Shown in pieces: positions 40,065 through 50,600 of a stretch of 64,000 nucleotides of DNA. How positions within the stretch are numbered: the first letter of the stretch is position 1; every line of letters starts with the position of its first letter. This DNA is from Candidatus Poribacteria bacterium (GTDB taxonomy: Bacteria; Poribacteria; WGA-4E; WGA-3G): NCBI GenBank assembly GCA_964291315.2, contig OZ219753.1, positions 32,001-96,000 of the forward strand. Reading direction: 5' to 3'. Made by a program: the position numbers and the translations under genes. The notes below the pieces were generated by a model. It was not told where the DNA came from. It saw nothing but the letters and a program-made list of their open reading frames with translations, and did no database searches.

Positions 40065-41801
40065 ATGTCCTTAATACGATTAGAAAACATTACTAAGTTA
40101 TATGATCCAGAGCTGATTTTGGATGGTATATCGGTTTCAATTGAGCACGCTGACAGAATTGGATTAATTGGCCGTAACGGAACTGGAAAAACAACGTTAA
40201 TTAAAATTATTAACGGTATGATCTCCAATTTTAAAGGTAAAGTCGTCACTGCTAGAGGTTCGCGAATTGGTTACCTGAGCCAAGAACCTGAGCTGGCTCG
40301 TGGGTGTACCTTAAGGCAGGAGATGCTCAAGGTTTTTGAGAAACGGCGCGCCCTTGAGGATAAAATGCTTTTGTTGGCAGAAGAGATGGAGACGCGAGAA
40401 TCAGCGGATCTCCTGACACAGTACGCCCGAATTCAAGAACACCATGAACAACTCGGCGGCTACGATTATGAACATCAGATTAACCGTATTCTCGGCGGCT
40501 TAGGTTTCGAGGAGCTGGATTTCAACCTTCCAATCGGTGTCCTGAGTGGCGGCCAGAAAAGTCGGGCAACCCTCGCCAAACTCCTGCTTGAGCAGCCAGA
40601 CCTGCTGCTTTTTGATGAACCGACAAATCATCTTGACATCAGCGGGATCCAATGGCTCGAAAGTTATCTCAATACCGAGTATACTGGAGCAGTCCTTGTG
40701 GTTTCGCATGACCGCTATTTTTTGGACAAGGTTGTGCGAAAGGTCTGGGAACTTGAAGCGCATAAGATAAAAATTTATCGCGGGAACTATTCCAAGTACG
40801 TTGAAACCAAAAGAGTTGAACAATTGGCCGGTGACCGGGCTTTCAAGAAACAGCAGGCATTTATTGCACACGAAGAGGAATTCATTCGACTTAACATTGC
40901 CGGGCAGCGCACACGAGAGGCGCAGGGCAGAAGGAAGAAATTGGCGCGGTTGGAAAGGTTGGAGAAACCTAAGCGCGAAGCCCCTACCTTCCAACTTGAT
41001 TTTTCCCCTGAAGCGCGAGGCGGTGACGACATTCTCCGATGTGAAGACGTTGGCAAAACCTTCGGCGACAAAGCTATTTTTCAGGGTCTAAATTTTGAGG
41101 TATACCGTCGTGATGTTATCGGAATCATCGGTGCAAACGGCACGGGTAAGACGACGCTGTTCCGTATGATCTTGGGCGAAGAACCCCCTACAGACGGCAA
41201 AATATGGGTGGGACCAACGCTCAAATTTGGATACTATACACAAGAATTGGAAGGCATCAACCCGGACAATCAAATTATTGATGAAATTTGGGCGCTGCGT
41301 CCGCAGCAGACTCAAGAGGAAATCCGCAGCTTCCTTGGCAAATTCTTATTCTCGGGTGATGAGGTTTTCAAACGGATCGGAAATCTAAGCGGAGGCGAGC
41401 AGAGTCGTGTCCTCCTCGCGAAGTTGCTATTAGCGAACGCTAACGTTTTGCTTCTTGATGAACCGACGAACCATCTTGATATTCCAGCCCGTGAGGCGCT
41501 TGAAGTAGCCTTGGCAGAATATCCGGCGACGCTTTTCATTATTTCTCACGACCGGTATCTTTTGAGTAACCTTGCAACCAAGCTGTTGATTTTTGACGGT
41601 GATCCTGGCGGGAGTGCGAGTCTTTTTGAGGGCAATTACGTTGAATATGAGGCGCAGCAGCAGCCAGCGCTTCAAGAAAATCATTCGCCCCGTGAAACCG
41701 TGCAAGAATCAAAATCTCTACCCCCTTCTCAACCGAAACATAGATCGAAATCCAGGCGGAAGCGGAAAATGAAAGCGCAACGGTTGGTTGGCAGCGATTA
41801 A
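40065..41801 (+). CDS. ABC-F family ATPase
   Basis: Two NBDs (GRNGTGKT, LSGG, DEPTNHLD), no TM segments. Confidence 0.95.
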   Translation: MSLIRLENITKLYDPELILDGISVSIEHADRIGLIGRNGTGKTTLIKIINGMISNFKGKVVTARGSRIGYLSQEPELARGCTLRQEMLKVFEKRRALEDKMLLLAEEMETRESADLLTQYARIQEHHEQLGGYDYEHQINRILGGLGFEELDFNLPIGVLSGGQKSRATLAKLLLEQPDLLLFDEPTNHLDISGIQWLESYLNTEYTGAVLVVSHDRYFLDKVVRKVWELEAHKIKIYRGNYSKYVETKRVEQLAGDRAFKKQQAFIAHEEEFIRLNIAGQRTREAQGRRKKLARLERLEKPKREAPTFQLDFSPEARGGDDILRCEDVGKTFGDKAIFQGLNFEVYRRDVIGIIGANGTGKTTLFRMILGEEPPTDGKIWVGPTLKFGYYTQELEGINPDNQIIDEIWALRPQQTQEEIRSFLGKFLFSGDEVFKRIGNLSGGEQSRVLLAKLLLANANVLLLDEPTNHLDIPAREALEVALAEYPATLFIISHDRYLLSNLATKLLIFDGDPGGSASLFEGNYVEYEAQQQPALQENHSPRETVQESKSLPPSQPKHRSKSRRKRKMKAQRLVGSD

Positions 41802-41850
41802 AGCTATTGACTTCGCAAAATTACGTGAAGATCGGACATCGTACTTTAAT

Positions 41851-41879
41851 TTGACATTCCGATGAAATTAGGGTATAAT
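41851..41879 (+). promoter_or_regulatory. Perfect consensus sigma70 promoter
   Basis: TTGACA-17 bp-TATAAT upstream of the MarR gene. Confidence 0.8.
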
Positions 41880-42029
41880 TGTTATGTCCTATGCGATGGA
41901 AATAGTGTCGTATATAGGAGATATAATTTCAGAATAGATTTTGACGTATACATTGATAATGATTGAGAGTGGGACATGGAAAACGTGTCCTATAATATAA
42001 GCTGTGTAACAGCAAGTTTTGCCTTGTGA

Positions 42030-42920
42030 GTGCTATCAAAGATGTCCAAAGACCGGGAATTCCAAAGTGAAATAGATGTTGTGATGCGCGTGATGCGTCA
42101 TGCGCAGGCAGCTGTCAAATCAAGGTTCATTCAGGAAGTGGTTCCTCATCGTCTGACGATTGTCCAATTTAATGCGTTACGTCACCTTCATTGGTATGGA
42201 AGCGAGGCTGGCATGTCAGTGAGCGAGTTAGGTGAACACTTAGGACTTGCGCATAACACCACATCTGGTTTGGTGAGTCGTCTTGAGCGGCATGGTTGGG
42301 TTATCCGTCGGAAGTGTGACGAGGATCGGCGGCGTTCTCGGATTAAACTGACCTCGCAGTCTGAGGAGCTTTTTCGTGAAAGTGTAAAGCATGCGATGGA
42401 TTTTTGGCGAAGCACTTTTGGGCAGCTATCTGTGTCGGAGCAGGAGAATCTTGTTGAAGGCTTAAAACGTCTGAAACAGGTAATGGCGAAACCGGCCTGG
42501 CCAAGTTATGCCCAACTCCATCCGCGTGATACTGATCATCTGAAAAAGCGGTTTGAAACCGATCTGGATGAGCTTGCACAGGCAAAACTCAAGCTGGTTG
42601 GAATGCGGTTGATTCTTGCGCGGATCGCTGAGGAGCGGGATGAACATGAACTCGCGGCGTATCTAAATCAAGCTGCTTCCGAAGAAATACGTCATACGAA
42701 TCAACTCTTAGTTCTGCTCGGCCATGGTGAAAATTTCAAGACGTTACTCGCTACCCTTGTGCATGAAGACAGAGTCGTCTATGAAGAGCTAGTGGCCTTG
42801 CTTGAAACTGCGCCCTACACGGAAGAAAATGAGGCCTTAAGGCTTCTACAACAGATGGTTCAAGATAAGCAAAGATATAGACGTTGGTTTCGTAGTGTCC
42901 ACAAACAGTCGAATCAGTGA
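42030..42920 (+). CDS. MarR-family regulator fused to a C-terminal ferritin/rubrerythrin-like domain
   Basis: LTIVQF..SELG..LVSRLE..DRR wHTH; C-half ARIAEER..ELAAYL..AASEEIRH. Confidence 0.8.
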   Translation: MLSKMSKDREFQSEIDVVMRVMRHAQAAVKSRFIQEVVPHRLTIVQFNALRHLHWYGSEAGMSVSELGEHLGLAHNTTSGLVSRLERHGWVIRRKCDEDRRRSRIKLTSQSEELFRESVKHAMDFWRSTFGQLSVSEQENLVEGLKRLKQVMAKPAWPSYAQLHPRDTDHLKKRFETDLDELAQAKLKLVGMRLILARIAEERDEHELAAYLNQAASEEIRHTNQLLVLLGHGENFKTLLATLVHEDRVVYEELVALLETAPYTEENEALRLLQQMVQDKQRYRRWFRSVHKQSNQ

Positions 42921-43023
42921 CTTCTGTTTTGTCAACTGGTGCCAGCGTTTCTGGTTTTCCACAGCATCGGGCTGCGAGAAAGCCATGTCCAATTTCCCGT
43001 CTGATGATCTTTAAGAGGAGAAC

Positions 43024-43638
43024 ATGCAGTCCCAAAGCTCTGAAAACATTCCGCTAGATTGTTGCGATGATGCTGAACTGATTGAGATATTTCAAAATGG
43101 TAATACTGCTGCGTTCGATACGCTCTTTATGCGTTACCAAAAACGCACCTATCGACTTGTACAACGTTTCGTTTCTAACCCGGAAGATGCTTCGGATCTG
43201 ACGCAAGATGCGTTTATTCGCGCCTACCAAGGGCTCCATAATTTCAAAAACCAGTGCCAGTTTTACAGTTGGCTCTACCGGATTACTGTGAACTTGTGTA
43301 TCGATTTTCTGAGGAAAAGGTCGAGATCGGAGGTGCTTTTGTACGAATCCGATGAAACGGGCGAATTGTCGTTGGCGAATATCGCGGATCCCGGCTCAGA
43401 ATCGCCGGCGAAGGCGCTTGAAAATAAAGAACTCAGGGCGCACATTCGCAAAGCGGTTCGTCGACTGCCCCCCAAGCAACGCAGAATCTTTATTTTGCGA
43501 TATTGGGACGGTTTGTCGCTTAAAGACATCGCGGCTGCTGTTGGTAGATCTGATGGAACAGTCAAGGCTCATCTGCTTCATGCCCACCGCAATCTTCGCA
43601 AGCATCTTCGTTCTTACCTACAAGAGACAGGTTTCTAG
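43024..43638 (+). CDS. ECF RNA polymerase sigma factor
   Basis: DASDLTQDAF, FYSWLYRI, LPPKQR..GTVKAHL. Confidence 0.93.
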   Translation: MQSQSSENIPLDCCDDAELIEIFQNGNTAAFDTLFMRYQKRTYRLVQRFVSNPEDASDLTQDAFIRAYQGLHNFKNQCQFYSWLYRITVNLCIDFLRKRSRSEVLLYESDETGELSLANIADPGSESPAKALENKELRAHIRKAVRRLPPKQRRIFILRYWDGLSLKDIAAAVGRSDGTVKAHLLHAHRNLRKHLRSYLQETGF

Positions 43639-43660
43639 GGTTGTACCTCGGATATTGAAC

Positions 43661-43695
43661 TTTAAAGACCGGTGATGTGCTAACCGGTCTTTAAA
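43661..43695. terminator. Bidirectional hairpin between the convergent ECF gene and ftsY
   Basis: TTTAAAGACCGGT-9 nt-ACCGGTCTTTAAA. Confidence 0.75.
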
Positions 43696-43733
43696 TACCT
43701 ACCTGCCAGATCATGAGAGTCTGGCAGCCCGGT

Positions 43734-44726
43734 TTACGGATTCTCGGTCTCGGTGGCGAAGAGCGCCTCAACAAAGTCTGCTGCCTCAAAATCTTGCAAG
43801 TCATCAATTTTCTCGCCGATTCCGATGAGCTTAACGGGTGCCCCAATTTCCGCGTTCACTGCAATAACTATCCCGCCTTTAGCAGTGCCGTCGAGTTTTG
43901 TAACGGCAACGCCTGTAATTGGAACTGCTTCGTTGAAAATCTTTGCCTGCCTCAATCCGTTTTGACCCACTGTTCCGTCAATGACAAGCAATACCTCATG
44001 CGGTGCGCCGGGGTGTGCCTTCCCCATGACCCTGCCAATTTTCGACAGCTCATCCATGAGTGGCTTTTTTGTGTGTAGTCTCCCGGCGGTATCTACTATT
44101 AGTATGTCGGCTTCACGATGTTTGGCTGCGTGAATTGCATCGAACACCACTGAGGCGGGTTCAGCTTTATCTCCGCCGCGAATGATTTCGGCTCCTGCGC
44201 GCTCACACCAAATCGCGAGCTGATCCTCTGCTGCAGCTCGGAATGTATCTCCAGCGGCCACCAGCACACGGTGTCCATCGGCGCGAAACCGGCTTGCGAG
44301 TTTGCCGATCGTCGTGGTCTTTCCAGCACCATTTACACCGAGCACCAAAACCGTGTACGGCTTTTCGTGTTTCAGTTTCAGGGGTGTATCTTGCCCAAGC
44401 AGATTCAAAATTTCTGATTTCAGTACCGATGCTAACTGTGATGAATCACCTAAACCTTCTGCCTTCACCCTGGCTCTGATGTTATCCATTAACATTAGAG
44501 TGGTATCAACGCCTACATCCGACTGGATTAAAATCTCTTCGATCTCTTCCATTAAATCCTCGTCAATTTTTCTGCCGATACGGAGGATCCCTGATAGCTG
44601 AGATAGAAACTGATCCCGTGTTTTGGTCAGTCCAGACTTAAGCCGATTAAACCAGCTTTCTTGTTCGTCTCCAGCATCGGATTTAACCTCGCTTTTATCA
44701 CGATTTTTAAATAGATTTCTTAGCAT
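43734..44726 (-). CDS. ftsY: Signal recognition particle receptor FtsY
   Basis: GVNGAGKTT, DTFRAAA, DTAGR, TKLDGTAKGG. Confidence 0.98.
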   Translation of the reverse strand: MLRNLFKNRDKSEVKSDAGDEQESWFNRLKSGLTKTRDQFLSQLSGILRIGRKIDEDLMEEIEEILIQSDVGVDTTLMLMDNIRARVKAEGLGDSSQLASVLKSEILNLLGQDTPLKLKHEKPYTVLVLGVNGAGKTTTIGKLASRFRADGHRVLVAAGDTFRAAAEDQLAIWCERAGAEIIRGGDKAEPASVVFDAIHAAKHREADILIVDTAGRLHTKKPLMDELSKIGRVMGKAHPGAPHEVLLVIDGTVGQNGLRQAKIFNEAVPITGVAVTKLDGTAKGGIVIAVNAEIGAPVKLIGIGEKIDDLQDFEAADFVEALFATETENP

Positions 44727-44970
44727 TACTTCTCCTTTAATTCCTTATTAACTTTCGGCTGATCGCTGAAAGACAGAAACAGGTTGCCGACTTGAAGCCT
44801 GACACCTTGTCTGTTATGATACAGTAACGGGCAGGAGAAAGGCAAACGAAAACCAGATGTTTCCCGTTTCGGTTGAGAGATATTATAAGGATCCACACGC
44901 GGTTTTCCCCGCCTTCCTACTTTGGGGACAGGCGCGATCCTACTGACAGTGTGTCCATAAGCTTAGGATA

Positions 44971-45150
44971 TAATGCGATTTTGATAATTATGGGGTCTAT
45001 CTCTTTGGATAGAGATCTCCGTTGCATAGCCTAACAGGTTGTGCTGGCAGGCCCGAAGAGGCACGGACTCACAGTCTATGCTACAAGTCCCTTGCGCAAT
45101 CTAACAAAGGATGCTACAAAAGAGCACGACTAATTTTTTGCTCATGTTTA
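44971..45150 (+). mobile_element. Degenerate MITE-like element containing a REP
   Basis: Left end TAATGCGATTTTGATAATTAT resembles 60625/61376; internal REP at 45061; right end CTCATGTTTA. Confidence 0.5.
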
Positions 45151-45318
45151 AGGTCTACTATTAAGGGATACTATAGATACTGCCGTGTTCTATACAAATT
45201 TCCTTGCAACCTCTTCCCCTTTGTTATATACTAAAGTTTGTTTTAAACAGACTTCTGTTTTCTTATGTTTGAGATTTTACAAATCCATTTTATGTAGACA
45301 CAAGTTGAGGAATTGATC

Positions 45319-45891
45319 ATGAAAACCGAAACACGACACCTGCTGCGAAGTCTGGCGATAATAGTGATACCATGCCTGATCTTGATCGCCTGCACGAGTG
45401 AGAGGCATCTGGAGGAGCTCCTTCCAAAACCGGTGGAAGAAAAGGAGGTAGAGCTCCCTTTCGAAACTGAGGAACCGGTAGTTCCGCTCCCGGGTTTGCC
45501 TGAAGATGTTGCCGGGTACACACAGTGGTTGAAATTAAATGCGGAACCTATACCACCTGTCCCCGGCGGTGACCCGCACAACGGCACGAAGAATGTTTAT
45601 GTCAACAAAACACGAGAAGCCATCGCACCCCATGGTGAACAGCAGTTTCCATATCCTGATGGCAGTATTGTTGTGAAGGAAGCGTACCGGCCCGGTAAAG
45701 ACTATGTTGGTCTCGTCGCGATTATGCGGAAAAAAGCGAATGTGGATCCCGATCACAACGATTGGGAGTTCATCGAATACACTCGGAACGCTGCGGATGC
45801 GGATTTCAGTGTCATAGCTAAGGACGGCGTCTGTTGGGGATGCCATACCCAAGCCGAAGATATAGATTATGTTTTTACGGAACTTGAATAA
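45319..45891 (+). CDS. Cytochrome P460-family lipoprotein
   Basis: LIAC lipobox, GYTQW, NVYVN, YPDGSIVVKE, W-E-F, C-terminal CWGCH and DYVF. Confidence 0.82.
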   Translation: MKTETRHLLRSLAIIVIPCLILIACTSERHLEELLPKPVEEKEVELPFETEEPVVPLPGLPEDVAGYTQWLKLNAEPIPPVPGGDPHNGTKNVYVNKTREAIAPHGEQQFPYPDGSIVVKEAYRPGKDYVGLVAIMRKKANVDPDHNDWEFIEYTRNAADADFSVIAKDGVCWGCHTQAEDIDYVFTELE

Positions 45892-45908
45892 AGAATAAGG
45901 AGGACCTT

Positions 45909-47150
45909 TTGGACATAGATTATAAAAACACCGTGAGCTGTTATAGCGAAACGTTCTTACTAAGCGATCGTTTGTGTGGTGTGGCAGGAACGATCAGGAA
46001 GTTATTCCCGCTGCTTGTACTCATAGTCGGTATGACACTCCCTCTTTTTTTGCCAAATGCAGCTGAGGGGCGTCCGGAATTCGCCACTGAGATTGGAAAG
46101 GAGTGTAATTTCTGCCACATTGATCCTGCTGGCGGCGGTCCCCGAAACCGCGTTGGCGAAATCTTTGAGGAAAACTATTTTGAGTTTCCTGAAGATTTTG
46201 ACATGGACGCTGTAACGGAAGAGGCGAAGGAGGTTGTGAAGCAGCTCACAACTTCGCTTGATTTTCAAACTGCTTTTATCAAAACGCCGCATGTTGATGC
46301 GGAGGAAAACACAATAGCGGGCTGTAGTTCATGCCACTCTTCGATTGACAGATTTCTGCTTATGCAAGCCGAGGTCACCTTCAACGCGCAGGCATCTGAG
46401 CACATTCGGCTTACGCTTTCTAACAACACTGGGACAACGATGAATGCGTTTGCAACGATAGATGCTATTCCAAAGCATCTGTACGCCAAAGTTGGACAAT
46501 TCCGTCTGCCATTTGCTATTAAACAGAAGGACCACAATATTCTTGTTCGCCAGGGTTATGGGCTTGGTTCTAACAAGCGGGATGTCGGCGTTGAGCTCGG
46601 TGGAGCCGCAGGAAGACTTTTTTACAATGCGGCCTTCTTTAACAGCGGCAACGCAGCAGCAAAAGGCGGGCTCGGCACGGTGGGAGCGCAAGTTGGCCCG
46701 GTCCGAGCGGGCATCTCTGGTATAGTTGAAAAACCGAGTGAAGACTGGGAGCGGTTCATCGGCGCATTTCTGACTGTCTCTTTCGCTGGGCTCAGTTTTG
46801 AAGGCGAATTCAATTGTGGGAACAGTGGTGAAGTTGCGTCTTTCGCGCTTGATGCTGTTGATTCAAAAGGTTACTATGTTGGTGCAAAGTACCGCCTCCT
46901 GCCTCGGTTGACCCTTGCCGGCCGGTACGGTCTATTTGACCCAGATAGAAAGATTAAAGGGGACGCAAGCCGGCGAGTGACACTCACCGCGCAATACAAT
47001 TTTATAGAAAATGGGGCAATTTCGCTATTTTATTGGGCGAATCTTGCTAACGCAGACCTCGACCCCAACACTGTTGTCTTTGACAAGGGAACCTTAAGAC
47101 AACTTCAAGGCACGGACCAGATTATTTTGATGTCACACTTCTGGTTTTAA
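45909..47150 (+). CDS. Cyc2-like cytochrome c-porin fusion with two CxxCH motifs
   Basis: Signal peptide, then RPEFATEIGKECNFCH..N..GEIF; second motif CSSCH; beta-barrel pattern (KVGQFRLPF, DVGVELG) and terminal Phe (HFWF). Confidence 0.75.
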   Translation: MDIDYKNTVSCYSETFLLSDRLCGVAGTIRKLFPLLVLIVGMTLPLFLPNAAEGRPEFATEIGKECNFCHIDPAGGGPRNRVGEIFEENYFEFPEDFDMDAVTEEAKEVVKQLTTSLDFQTAFIKTPHVDAEENTIAGCSSCHSSIDRFLLMQAEVTFNAQASEHIRLTLSNNTGTTMNAFATIDAIPKHLYAKVGQFRLPFAIKQKDHNILVRQGYGLGSNKRDVGVELGGAAGRLFYNAAFFNSGNAAAKGGLGTVGAQVGPVRAGISGIVEKPSEDWERFIGAFLTVSFAGLSFEGEFNCGNSGEVASFALDAVDSKGYYVGAKYRLLPRLTLAGRYGLFDPDRKIKGDASRRVTLTAQYNFIENGAISLFYWANLANADLDPNTVVFDKGTLRQLQGTDQIILMSHFWF

Positions 47151-47666
47151 AGGGGGGAGCACCAGCAGCCAATAAGGCGTGAGATATGTTCAAGAACTTT
47201 GCCCTATATCTATTTCTTCCGATTTCTTAGGAACAGATCACTATATCTGTCCCTATGTGTTTATATTTACACATAATGTTACGTAAAGACACCTGATTCA
47301 TCTCCGATTCGCGCAGATGGAATTTGAGTACACATCTGAACACGCCTTTTTTATTCGCGGCCTCTAACGTAACTAAACGCTATTGGCATAAAACTTGCTA
47401 TACTTTCCTAAATATCTTTTTTGCTTTATAAACGAACAAGTTGTGCTACAAGACCTGAAGTGGTGCAGTAAGCGAATAGGTTATGGGACTAAAGAGTCTT
47501 CCTAAATCTTTTTTCAAACTCACGTTAGTTTAGGTTTCTAAAAGCGGGAACGAGACCGTAATAGTCACAGTAAAGCGCGGATGATGAACCATTCCTACTA
47601 GTAGTTCCTTGAATTGAGTCAAAGAAAAAATGAGGACTGATCTTTTAGGGTGAAGGAAACACTTTC

Positions 47667-50600
47667 ATGATAGCTAAACTTTCCAAAAACTTTTTACTTC
47701 GTTTGATTGGACTGATGGCGGTTGTTCTGGTTGCTTGTATCTTCTACATTGTATGGGATAACATTGGTGCGCGGACGCGGTACAGCATCAAGACCTTTAC
47801 CCCGCAGGGCGAGGTGCCGCAATGGGTCGATTTTTCAATTACGTTTTCCGAGGCGATCGTTGACAAATCGCGCGTCGGCACCGAAGTTCCAGCGGAGGCT
47901 TTTCGGTTTACACCGGCTGTTCAAGGCACTGCGCGTTGGGTTGCCCGCGATAGAATCGGGTTTTACTTAGATGCACCTTTGGCACCTGCTGCAAAATATA
48001 GGCTCCAACTTACCCCGGCCCTTAGCTCTTCCGAAACATTTTCACTCACCGGACAGAAAGAGTTCAAATTTGCTACTGAACCTTTCACAGTAGAGCAGGC
48101 GCGCTTGGAATTTACCACCGATGGCACTCGTGAGCAAGCAGCGGGGTCTGGTACAATAGCTTTTAACTATCCTGTAAATATTGCTGATTTAAAGGCGCAT
48201 CTCTCTATTGAATTGAATGACGGGACGGAGATCCCTTATCAAATTAAGACTCCTGCTGCTACGGCGCGAACAGTTCAGTTTGAAACTAAACGGATAAAAC
48301 TCGGCAGTGCAGATCAAAAAATAAAAGTTAAAATTGAAGAGGGATTCAAATGCACAGGTGGACAGATTGGGCTTGAAAAGACGCACATTACGCCGGTAAT
48401 ACTCCGCGGTATAGGAACTCTTGGTGTAACGTACTCGGACGTTTGGGAAAGTGATGGTGCCCCGTATATTTCTGTCAGTTTTAGCGCCCCTGTCCTTTCG
48501 GATATCGTTGAACCGCATCTGGAACTTACACCAGCGGTCGACTATAAAGTTATAGCTGACTATAGGAATATAGAGATCCACGGCAATTTCAAGCGCCGTG
48601 CGACCTATACACTGAAAATTCGGAGGGGGCTGACTGCGCGGAACGATGCTGTTTTGAAACAAGACTATTTCACGCAGTTCAAAATCCCGGATATCCGACC
48701 GCAACTCCGCTTTCTTGGAGACGGTTTTTTTCTTGCAAGAAAAGGCGAGTTAAACTTAGGGCTTGCAACAATTAACATTGAAAGCGTGAAACTTGATATC
48801 GAAAAGGTTTTCGCGAACAATCTCATCTATGTCTCGAAATTAGAAAGGTGGAGCCGCTGGAGTCGCAATTTAGGCAGGTCTATTCATACAGAAGTTTTAG
48901 ATGTTCCATCTCAATTGAACCAAGAAGTCACGGTGCCTATTTCCTTGGAGGAGTATCTCGCGGATGAACATGTCGGTATCTTCAAAGTTATGGCGCGGAA
49001 TGCACACACAGAGTGGGCCACCGCACACCAATGGGTGCTTCTCACAGATTTGGGGATCAGTGCCAAGCGCACTGAAGATAGACTCTATGTTTGGGTGAAA
49101 TCACTTTCGACTAGTGCGCCCGTACCAACTGCGCGCGTCAAACTCATCAGTGACAATAACCAGACTCTGCTTAGCGGTACAACGAACTGGGCCGGGTTCG
49201 CTGAATTTACCGATGTTGATGCGAAAACTGACGGTTTTACGCCGTTCATGATTACCGTCGCGAAACGCGACGACCTCGCCTTCATTCAATTAGACCGTCA
49301 CGAAATCGCAACAGCGGATTTCGACATTGCGGGGCCCGCGTATTTGCAAAAAGGTTATGAAGCGTTTCTTTATACAAGCCGGGGTGTCTATCGACCCGGG
49401 GAGACTGTCCAACTTGCTGGCATTGTCCGCGCACCGAAGCACCGGATCCCGGAACCGATCCCGACCCGCATTGAAGTGCTATCTCCGGACGGTAGGATTC
49501 TACGGGAATTAAGGCAGCACACCACAAAAACCGGGGTGTGTGAGGTGCAAATTCCAATTCCTGAGTACGCACAGACGGGGAACTATATTGCCAAAATGTT
49601 GATTGCTGATAAGGTTGTTGGAAGGGCCCAGTTTCAAGTTGAGGAATTCATGCCAGACCGGATGAAGGTCACCGTCACTACAGACGGATCTACTTACAGA
49701 CTCGGAGATGAATTTGGCGTTCACGTCAGGGCTATTAATCTATTCGGGCCCCCAGCTGTAGGACGAAAGGTTCAGGTTTCATGCGAATTGAGAGCGGTCT
49801 CTTTTGTGGACTCCGACAGTGCTTCGCCAGCGTATATCGACCCGGCGAGGTGGCGTTCCTTCACCTTCGGAAACACCAGACCAAATTCTGCCGAACAATT
49901 TGAGACCCAACGGATCGAATTAGCAGAATCTGAAACTGATGCGGCAGGCAAGGCGGATTATCGATTTACTGTTCCAGCAACGCTAAAAGCGCCGTCTCTA
50001 TTAAACGGGATTTTCACGGCGACCGTCAGTGAGGTTGGAGGCAGAGCTGTCACAGCATCACACCGAGTTGTTATCCACCCCTATTCGCATTATGTAGGAC
50101 TTCGACGCGCTAATAATACGGAGAATGCTAAAATTAATCAACCTGTTCGTGTTGACTACATAGCCGTTGATGATGCTATGGCCGTTGCACCAGGACGTGC
50201 CTTGCAACTGAGCCTCTACAAGGTGCATTGGAACACGATACTTCGGCAAAATACAGCGGGGCGTTATGAATACGTTTCGGAACCGCAGATGACTGAGGTG
50301 GAAACACACGCTTTAACATCGGCAGCGGCAGCGCAAACTGTGATGTTGACCCCTTCAGATTATGGGGAATATCGCGTCCGACTCGTAGATATTGAATCAA
50401 CGGCGCTAGCAGAAATCGGATTCCACGTTAATGGTTGGGGGAACGCGTCGGTGTCTATGGAGCATCCTACACGCTTAGATTTAACGCTCAATAAACCGGC
50501 TTATCGCTCCGGTGAAACAGCGAAGCTGTATGTAAAGGCGCCATTCCCTGGGACACTTCTGCTTACGGTTGAGCGAGAACGGGTTCTGAGTTATCGAACG

